Assembly: GCA_003820645.1 (NCBI GenBank)
Contig: RPOR01000004.1
Span: forward strand, 6,388-70,387
Reading direction: 5' to 3'
Source: Betaproteobacteria bacterium
GTDB taxonomy: Bacteria; Pseudomonadota; Gammaproteobacteria; Burkholderiales; SG8-41
DNA length: 64,000 nucleotides
The position numbers and the translations under genes were made by a program. Shown piece by piece: positions 11,645 through 19,284 of this stretch (the stretch's first letter is position 1; the number at the start of each line of letters is the position of its first letter). The notes beneath the pieces are model-generated. The model ran no database searches, was not told the DNA's origin, and was given only the letters and a program-made list of their open reading frames with translations.

Positions 11645-11884
11645 CTACTGCTCGGCAGCGCCGAAGTTCTTCAGTACGCTGTTTTCCAGGATCTTCACCT
11701 GTTGCTGGGCATCCTGCAGTTGCGACTGGCACAGTTTGAGCAGTTCCGCGCCGCGCTTGTAGGCGGCCAGCGACTGCTCCAGCGGCATCTGGCCCTCTTC
11801 CATGGCCGCGACGATTTTCTCGAGTTCCGCCAGCGAGGATTCGAACGTGGGTGCAGCCGATGAGGATTTGGCGGTTTTGGACAT
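11645..11884 (-). CDS. xseB: exodeoxyribonuclease VII small subunit
   Basis: 79 aa. 'FESSLAELEKIVAAMEEGQMPLEQSLAAYKRGAELLKLCQ' is canonical XseB. Confidence 0.9.
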   Translation of the reverse strand: MSKTAKSSSAAPTFESSLAELEKIVAAMEEGQMPLEQSLAAYKRGAELLKLCQSQLQDAQQQVKILENSVLKNFGAAEQ

Positions 11885-12042
11885 GAGGCGGCGCGAGCCC
11901 GCAGGAGGGACAGGAAATGTAGCGCAATCAGTGGCTTGCGGTCAATGTCGGAGACCGGCGATCGACACGGCAGCGGGGGACACCGCAATGGCATGGACAG
12001 CGCTGCGCACACCGCGCCGCAAAAATCAAACCCGGCCGGGCC

Positions 12043-13260
12043 TCAGGAATTGCGCTGGTAGCGGTCCAATACGGCGCGCGGGATCAGGCCGAGTGTGGCC
12101 AGCGGTTTCAGCGATTCGTCGTTGCTGCGCATGCAGCGTTCCCGGATTGCCAGCAGTGCCTGTGCCGCTGCCGTTTCGTTCCAGAACCAGCGCTCGACTG
12201 CCTTCGGCGCAAGCGCTCCCGGCTGTGCTGCTGCGGCCTCGAAGTAATATGTCCTGATGTCGTCGCAGGCACGTTTGATGGCTGTCCCGGCCCTGATACC
12301 GGAGGTCGGCTCGGGGTGCCCATCAAGAAATGCGGTCACGTGCTGCACGGCGTCGTCGACCGTGGGGCCGAACACACCCATCGTCGTCCGCCCGCGTCGT
12401 ATTCGGGCAAGCTCATACCACGCGGCGAGTTGCGCAATTTCATCGCGCAGCGCGCGCGCCAGCCCGCCCCGAGTGGACGCTCCCGGCGTGAAACTGACCG
12501 GACAGGCGAAGTCTTGTGCGCGATCGCCGGCGGCTGGCGCGTCCTCGGGATAATCCTCCAGCACCGGTCCCGTCGCATGCTCAAACAATGACAGCAATGT
12601 CCGCAGCACCCGTCGCTGGAAATCCGGGTCGTCAGCGGATCCCAATGGCCGGCCCAGCATGAAGGGCACCCACAGCGCACGCGGGGGTTTGATCGCCGCA
12701 GTCTGCTCGCGGATCAGGCTGATCTGCGCGGTCGCGACACCCTCGCGCTCGAGATAATGGCCCAGCGCGCCCACGGCGCACGTGCAGTTTGGTCAGACGG
12801 GGGTCAGCAATACCGCATCCACCCGGTCTTTCTTCAGCAACACCGCCAGTTCGCGGGCCTTGGGTTCGAGCGCGCGGATCGGCGCGGCACCCATGAACGA
12901 ATAGTGGAAATCCGCGACCGCGCCGACCAGACCTGCAGCCTGGAGCTCACGCAGCCGGGCCAATGGAAACACGACATTGATGTCTTCCTGGAATCCGGTG
13001 CGGTCGAAATTGACCGAGACGTGACTCATCATCAGATCCGCAGCCCGGGTGTCACCGGGTATGACCCGGTAGTCCGCGGCTCCGCTGTCAAACAGCCGAT
13101 CACCCCGCACATGCACGCCGGCCGTGGTCACGATCGCCACCCGGCGCTGACGCAATGGGGGGCCAGACTGGAATGGCGTGTCGCCGAAAGCGGGCAGATC
13201 CCGGATCTTGTCCAGGTGGTGCTTTTGTTCGGATTCGGAAAAATCAGTCAATCGCGCCAT
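12043..13260 (-). CDS. glycine/sarcosine/betaine/D-proline reductase protein-B-like selenoprotein (in-frame UGA at 12793-12795)
   Basis: ORFs 12793..13260 and 12043..12774 share one frame (13260-12774=486). The only interruption is TGA, and read-through gives ...DAVLLTPV-U-PNCTCAVGALGHYLEREG.... The N-terminal part resembles the GRDB family. A hairpin follows the TGA, and selA, selB and selC are in the window. Confidence 0.7.
12765..12781 (-). promoter_or_regulatory. candidate bacterial SECIS hairpin for the GrdB-like gene
   Basis: Minus strand: UGA, then 11 nt, then GUGCGCC-GUG-GGCGCGC. The stem is 7 bp including one G-U pair, with a G/U-containing apical loop. Confidence 0.45.
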
Positions 13261-13302
13261 GCATTTCCCCCTGAGTCCGGCGTCGGCCGCTAACGCCGCC
13301 CA

Positions 13303-13917
13303 TTATCGCCGGTGTTTGCCCACGTTCCAGCCGCTTTTGGCGAGGTGTTTCTCGCCGACGTGGATCGGTTCGTCCTCCAGCGGCGTCGCCATGGTGTCGT
13401 TCCACCGGTTCATGAATCCGAACATCGCAACCACGGCCACGATCTCCACGATCTGGCCCTCGTTCCAGTGCTGCTTCAGCTCGGCAAACATCTCGTCCGT
13501 GACCGCATTGGGTTGCGCGGCTCCGGCGATCGCCACTTCCAGTGCAGCGCGCTCGGCATCAGTGAACAGCGGGTGGCTACGGAATTCCCATACCGCCTCC
13601 AGCTTCCTGTCATCGTAACCCAGCCCGAGCGCCGCCCCGGCCGTGTGCGCCATTCAGTAGTGACAGCCGTGCGCGCGGCTGGCGACATGCGCCAGCATGC
13701 GCTTGAATGCGATTGGCACTTCGCTCTCCGGGTCCCACACCGCCGCGGCAAGTTGCGACAGCGCCTGCACCAGTTTCGGCTTGCGCTGCATGATCAACAC
13801 GCTGTTGGGCACAAAACCCAGCACCCTGACATAGGTCTGGAACGCGCCAGCCAGTTCGGGTGTCGTTTCCTGCGGCAACGGTGCCAGTCGCGGATCCGGC
13901 TTTTCGGTTTTCTTCAT
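13303..13917 (-). CDS. AhpD/carboxymuconolactone-decarboxylase-like selenoprotein (CxxU; in-frame UGA at 13654-13656)
   Basis: ORFs 13654..13917 and 13303..13653 are contiguous in one frame across TGA: ...SRAHGCHY-U-MAHTAGA.... This aligns residue for residue with the paralog motif AAGCRYCTAHNAE at 15019..15615, so U replaces the second Cys of CxxC. Confidence 0.75.
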
Positions 13918-13968
13918 GGCTGCGCTGCTCCTGTTTTGAACGATCCGGTTGAATTCGACGAGAAATTT

Positions 13969-14553
13969 TCAGGGGTCGAGACAGCGCAGCATGATTGCAG
14001 CGATATCGGTCAGAGCCGCGCGATCCGGATTCGCTTTGCCGACCAGCCGCAGCCCCTGAATTCCCGACACCAGGAAACGGGCGAGCGATGCCACGTCCGC
14101 ATCGGCGGCAATTTCGCCGCGCGCCTGCGCGCGCGTCAGGGCGTCGCAAAACGTCCCCTCGATGCGCGCCAGGCTCTGCCGCACGCGGGCAACGGTGGCC
14201 CGGTCATGGCCGGCAAGTTCGGCGGCGCAATTGCCGATGAAACAGCCGGCCCGGCCCGGCCCGGCAACGATGCGTTCGATCATTTCGCCGACAAATCCCG
14301 CGACCGCCTCGCGGACCGGCATCGGTTTTGCCAGCGCCAGATTGATGCGCGCAACCGATTCTTCTTCGTAACGGGCCAGCGAGCGATGCAGCAACGCGCG
14401 TTTGCCGCCGAACGCCGCGTAGAGACTGGAGCGGCTCAGGCCCGTCGCATTGCACAAATCGTCGAGCGAGGTCGCCTTATAGCCTTTTGCCCAGAACGCC
14501 TGCATCGCGCGCTCGAGCGCGACATCGACCTCGAATTCACGCGGACGCGCCAT
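13969..14553 (-). CDS. TetR/AcrR family transcriptional regulator
   Basis: 194 aa. The N-terminal HTH 'FWAKGYKATSLDDLCNATGLSRSSLYAAFGGKRAL' is typical TetR. Its start shares one nucleotide with the upstream stop (TGATG). Confidence 0.85.
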   Translation of the reverse strand: MARPREFEVDVALERAMQAFWAKGYKATSLDDLCNATGLSRSSLYAAFGGKRALLHRSLARYEEESVARINLALAKPMPVREAVAGFVGEMIERIVAGPGRAGCFIGNCAAELAGHDRATVARVRQSLARIEGTFCDALTRAQARGEIAADADVASLARFLVSGIQGLRLVGKANPDRAALTDIAAIMLRCLDP

Positions 14554-15002
14554 CAGCGGACCGCGTCAGCCGCGAGCCCCGCGAGCGCCTTCAGCAGATT
14601 GGGTACCACGGCACAGTTGCCGGCATCGTGGCGTTTCGCCAGATACTGCGGGTCGTTATAGCCCAGCCAGACTTGCCCGCCCGCGTCCTGCCACGCCAGC
14701 GCCTTCAGCGGCAAATCGATGCCGCTCGTCTGCGCGCACTCCATCAGCGGTGTGCCGCCCTGCGGATTGCCGAATACCAGCAATTCGGTGGGTCGCAGGT
14801 TTTTGCCGACCTTCTTGGCGCCGGCCGCGTGATCGACCCGCAGGAAGACATTCAGTCCCTTGCCCTTCGCCGCAGCCTCGAGGCGATCCATGGTGTCCTT
14901 GACGCTATGGGGACTCTTCACCGTGATCAGGCCGTCCGCGGCCGAACTCGTGGCAGCAAGCGCCGAGAGCATCAATGCAGCAACGACCGGTAATATTTTC
15001 AT
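14553..15002 (-). CDS. DUF302 domain protein with signal peptide
   Basis: Start taken at MKILPVVAALMLSALAATSSA (ATG 15002, preceded by GGAGA). 'VDHAAGAKKVGKNLRPTELLVFGNPQGGTPLM...DLPLKALAWQD' is a DUF302 signature. Confidence 0.8.
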   Translation of the reverse strand: MKILPVVAALMLSALAATSSAADGLITVKSPHSVKDTMDRLEAAAKGKGLNVFLRVDHAAGAKKVGKNLRPTELLVFGNPQGGTPLMECAQTSGIDLPLKALAWQDAGGQVWLGYNDPQYLAKRHDAGNCAVVPNLLKALAGLAADAVR

Positions 15003-15018
15003 CGTCGTCTCCTGTCGG

Positions 15019-15615
15019 TTATTTTGCATGCACACCGGGCGTCCAGCCGGATGCCGTCAGGTGCTCGCGGGCGAACTGCAAAGGGTGGTCTTCCAGCTGG
15101 GTGGCGAGCGTGTCGTTCCAGCGGTTCATCCAGCCGAACATCGAGATCACCGCGACGATTTCGATGATGGAGTCTTCCGAGTAGTGCTTCTTCAATTCGT
15201 CGAAATGCGCGTCTGTCACCGACGGCGGAGAACCACCGGCCGCCAGCGCCAGACCAAGCGCTGCGCGCTCGGCCGGCGTGAACAAGGGACTCGACTGGAA
15301 CTGCCATAATGCATGCAGTTTCTCGTCTGCCACCTTGCCGCGCTCGACAGTGCTCTCGGCATTGTGTGCCGTGCAATAGCGGCAGCCCGCTGCGTTGCTG
15401 ACGACCTCGGCAATCATGAAACGGAGCGCCGGCGGGATTTCGCCGGCATCCGCCATCACCGCATCGCGGAGTTCACGCACCAGCCTGAATATCCGCGGCT
15501 TGCGGGCAAGCGTCAACCAGCTGTTGGGTACATACCCGCGCTGCTTGCTGGCTTTTTCGAAGTCGGCGGCCAGTTCCGCCAGGCGATCGGCTGGCGCAGG
15601 TGAGATTCGGGACAT
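15019..15615 (-). CDS. AhpD/CMD-like peroxidase-related protein (Cys form, CRYC)
   Basis: 198 aa from ATG 15615, preceded by GGAGGA. It is a paralog of the 13303..13917 protein and ends similarly (MFGWMNRWNDTLAT). The tracked 456-aa ORF over-extends through the divergent promoter region. Confidence 0.8.
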   Translation of the reverse strand: MSRISPAPADRLAELAADFEKASKQRGYVPNSWLTLARKPRIFRLVRELRDAVMADAGEIPPALRFMIAEVVSNAAGCRYCTAHNAESTVERGKVADEKLHALWQFQSSPLFTPAERAALGLALAAGGSPPSVTDAHFDELKKHYSEDSIIEIVAVISMFGWMNRWNDTLATQLEDHPLQFAREHLTASGWTPGVHAK

Positions 15616-15710
15616 GGCATTTCCTCCGGGATGGTGTATTTGGTATATCCGGTTGCGCAATCGTCGCTTCGCCTGTGCCGGGCTCTGCCATCGCTTGTGC
15701 TTGACCGGTT

Positions 15711-15756
15711 GCCGGATCATTATAGAATGATCATTCCAGAATGCAATGATTCTGCC
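15711..15756. promoter_or_regulatory. nested palindromes in the divergent promoter region (candidate TetR operator)
   Basis: GATCAT-tataga-ATGATC, the perfect 12-bp palindrome GAATGATCATTC (15725-15736), and CAGAAT-gcaatg-ATTCTG (15738-15755). They lie in an AT-rich patch between the 15615 (-) and 15898 (+) starts. Confidence 0.35.
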
Positions 15757-15897
15757 GGTCCGCCTACCGCGCAATCCGCCGCGGGCGCCCGCCAAAACAT
15801 GGTATGAAGCAGACGAGCAGACTGTAAGGATTCCGCTACCGCGCCGACTGATCAGCCAAATCCCGCTACAGACCCGCGAATTTTCAGGAGCGATTTG

Positions 15898-16863
<966 letters not shown>

Positions 16864-16895
16864 CTCCATTCACCGATGCGGAACAGGCAATCTCC

Positions 16896-18281
16896 ATGAT
16901 CGAGCCGGCATTCGCGATTTATTTCTGGGGCTTCCTGCTGCTCTACGGCGGCGTGATGTACGCCATCTCCCCGCATTCCCGCACCGACGCCAGTTTTTTC
17001 ATCGGCAGCGACGATGCCGGCCGCCCGGCCACCGAGTGGGCGCTGATGTGCAGCATTTTCATCAGCTGGATCTTTGCCAAGTCCGTGACCAACGCCGCCA
17101 ACCTCGGCGCAGCCTACGGCGTGGTCGGCGGACTGGCGTACGCCGCGTACTGGCTGTCGATCCCCGTCGCCGGCATCGTCATTTACTGGCTGCGTACGCG
17201 GCATGGCGCCACCGGACTGGTGTCTTTCATCATCGGCCGCTACGGCCGGCTCGCCGCCCTGGCTTTCACCCTTGCCATCCTGATCCGGCTCTATAATGAA
17301 GTGTGGAGCAACACGGCGGTGGTCGGCGCCTATTACGGTCAGTCCGGCGAATGGACGTTCATCGCTTCCGCACTGCTGTTCACCGCGGCGACGCTGGTCT
17401 ACAGCATCAAGGGCGGGCTGCGCAGTTCCATCGTCACCGATGTCATCCAGGCGGTGCTGTTCGTCTTCGTACTGGGCGTGGTGTTGTTCCTGGTGTTGCC
17501 CAAACACGGCGTGGGCACGCTGCTGGGCGTAGGTGATTTCCGCCTGAGTGCCGGCGTCGACCTGCTGCTGGTGGCGCTGCTGCAGGTGGTGTCCTACCCC
17601 TTCCACGACCCCGTGCTCACCGACCGTGGCTTCATTACCCGCGAAAAACCCATGCTGCGCGCGATGATCGTCGCCGGCGTGCTCGGTTTCCTCTGCATAT
17701 TTGCGTTCAGCCTGGTCGGCGTGCATGCCAAGCTTGAAGGGCTCCCCGCCGGCGACAACATGCCGGGCGCCGTCGCGGTGGCCTTCGGTACTGTTCCCTA
17801 TCTGCTGATGACCGTGGTGATGATCATGGCCGCAGGTTCGACACTGGACTCGACGTTCTCGTCGGTCGCCAAGTCCGTGGGCCGCGAACTGCCGATGCTG
17901 GCGGACCGCACGCCGGGACCGCGCGCTATGGTCATCGGCATCTGGACTATGCTGGCCTTCGCGATCCTCGGCAACCTGCCGATGATCGCCGGCACCGACA
18001 TCCTGAAAGCCACCACCGTCAGCGGCACGATGGTGATGGGCCTTGCGCCGGTGTTCCTGCTGGCACCGCTGGTGAAACATTCACCGTGGAGTTTCCATCT
18101 TGCGTTCTGGCCGGGCGTTGCATTGGGCGTGCTGCTCGCCGCCGGCATGATTCCGCAGTCGTGGGCAATCGGTGACGGCAAATACGCGCTGCTGCTGGGC
18201 ACCAACCTCTACGGGCTCGCGATCTGCGTCGGCGGCTTCCTGCTGCCGCTGACCGTCCAGCGCCTGCGTGCGCCCGGCTAA
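16896..18281 (+). CDS. sodium:solute symporter (SSF)-like permease
   Basis: 461-aa polytopic membrane protein from ATG 16896. The 'GGLRSSIVTDVIQAVLFVFVLG' segment is SSF-like. The upstream part of the tracked ORF overlaps the rSAM 3' end and is discarded. Confidence 0.6.
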   Translation: MIEPAFAIYFWGFLLLYGGVMYAISPHSRTDASFFIGSDDAGRPATEWALMCSIFISWIFAKSVTNAANLGAAYGVVGGLAYAAYWLSIPVAGIVIYWLRTRHGATGLVSFIIGRYGRLAALAFTLAILIRLYNEVWSNTAVVGAYYGQSGEWTFIASALLFTAATLVYSIKGGLRSSIVTDVIQAVLFVFVLGVVLFLVLPKHGVGTLLGVGDFRLSAGVDLLLVALLQVVSYPFHDPVLTDRGFITREKPMLRAMIVAGVLGFLCIFAFSLVGVHAKLEGLPAGDNMPGAVAVAFGTVPYLLMTVVMIMAAGSTLDSTFSSVAKSVGRELPMLADRTPGPRAMVIGIWTMLAFAILGNLPMIAGTDILKATTVSGTMVMGLAPVFLLAPLVKHSPWSFHLAFWPGVALGVLLAAGMIPQSWAIGDGKYALLLGTNLYGLAICVGGFLLPLTVQRLRAPG

Positions 18282-18291
18282 GCCTGCCACC

Positions 18292-19284
18292 ATGCAACCC
18301 GGACGCAGCTGCCCGCTGCATTACCGCTACCCGCCGGCATCGCTGAACCGGCCACCGGAAATCAGCGCCGACACGCTGTATGTGATCGGCGGGCTGTATG
18401 GCAACCAGCCGGCATTGGCTGCCATCGCTGCGCTCGCGGCAGCAGAGCGAGCCCCGGTTACGCAGGTATTCAACGGCGATTTCAACTGGTTCAACCGCGA
18501 TGCCATCGGCTTCAAGAACATCAACACCGCGGTATTGGCGCACCATGCGCTGCGCGGCAATGTCGAAACCGAACTCGCCGGCGAAGGCGATGCAGCCGGC
18601 TGCGGCTGCGCCTACCCCGACCATGTCAGCGATGCCGACGTTGACCGCTCCAATGCGATGCTGGCGCAGTTGCGTGCTACCGCCCGCAGCTTTCCGGATT
18701 TGCGCAAGCGGCTGGCCACTCTGCCGATGAACCTGGTTGCTGAGGTGGGCGGCCTGCGCATTGCCATCGTGCACGGTGACTGCGAGTCGCTGGCCGGCTG
18801 GACTTACGATGAATCCGCGCTGACCTACGCCGCAGGCCTTGCCGCTGCGGCCGCACATTTCACCGCGGCGCGGGCACGGTTCATCGCCAGCAGCCATACC
18901 TGCCTGCCGGTCGCGCTGCGGCTCGACACGGTACAGGGTAATGGTGCGCTGTTCAACAACGGCGCCGCCGGCATGCCGAACTTTGCCGGCACGCAATTCG
19001 GCGTCATCACCCGCATCGCTACTACACCGGCACCGCCCGCGGCGGCGCTGTACGGCACGGTGATCGACGGCGTACATGTCGATGCCATGGCAGTGCACTA
19101 CGACCACCCGCGGTGGCTGGCCGATTTTCTCGCCAACTGGCCGGCGCACAGTGCAGGACACCTGTCCTATTACCAGCGGATCAGCAACGGGCCGCGCTAC
19201 GGGCTCCACTGGGCGATGCGCGCCGGCATCCATCTCAATACGACGCTGCTGCGCAAACTGCGGGCGGGCGGGGACATCCAATGA
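18292..19284 (+). CDS. metallophosphoesterase-like protein (degenerate motif I)
   Basis: 'FNGDFNWF', 'AIVHGDCES' and 'SSHTCLP' resemble calcineurin-like phosphoesterase motifs II-V. The first motif reads 'YVIGGLYGN' and lacks D-x-H. Confidence 0.5.
   Translation: MQPGRSCPLHYRYPPASLNRPPEISADTLYVIGGLYGNQPALAAIAALAAAERAPVTQVFNGDFNWFNRDAIGFKNINTAVLAHHALRGNVETELAGEGDAAGCGCAYPDHVSDADVDRSNAMLAQLRATARSFPDLRKRLATLPMNLVAEVGGLRIAIVHGDCESLAGWTYDESALTYAAGLAAAAAHFTAARARFIASSHTCLPVALRLDTVQGNGALFNNGAAGMPNFAGTQFGVITRIATTPAPPAAALYGTVIDGVHVDAMAVHYDHPRWLADFLANWPAHSAGHLSYYQRISNGPRYGLHWAMRAGIHLNTTLLRKLRAGGDIQ

Noticed and set aside
11631-11927. Upstream 99 codons of the tracked 397-aa ispA ORF
   Set aside because: They overlap xseB in another frame. 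A GTG at 11630 gives a normal-length FPP synthase immediately after the xseB stop.
12793-13656. Alternative reading of the two TGA junctions as real stops, giving split genes or pseudogenes
   Set aside because: I considered this and judged it less likely. Both interruptions are TGA specifically, they are in frame with no other stop, and they fall at Cys-motif positions (one confirmed against a Cys paralog in the same operon). The full Sec machinery is also present. It remains the null hypothesis to test.
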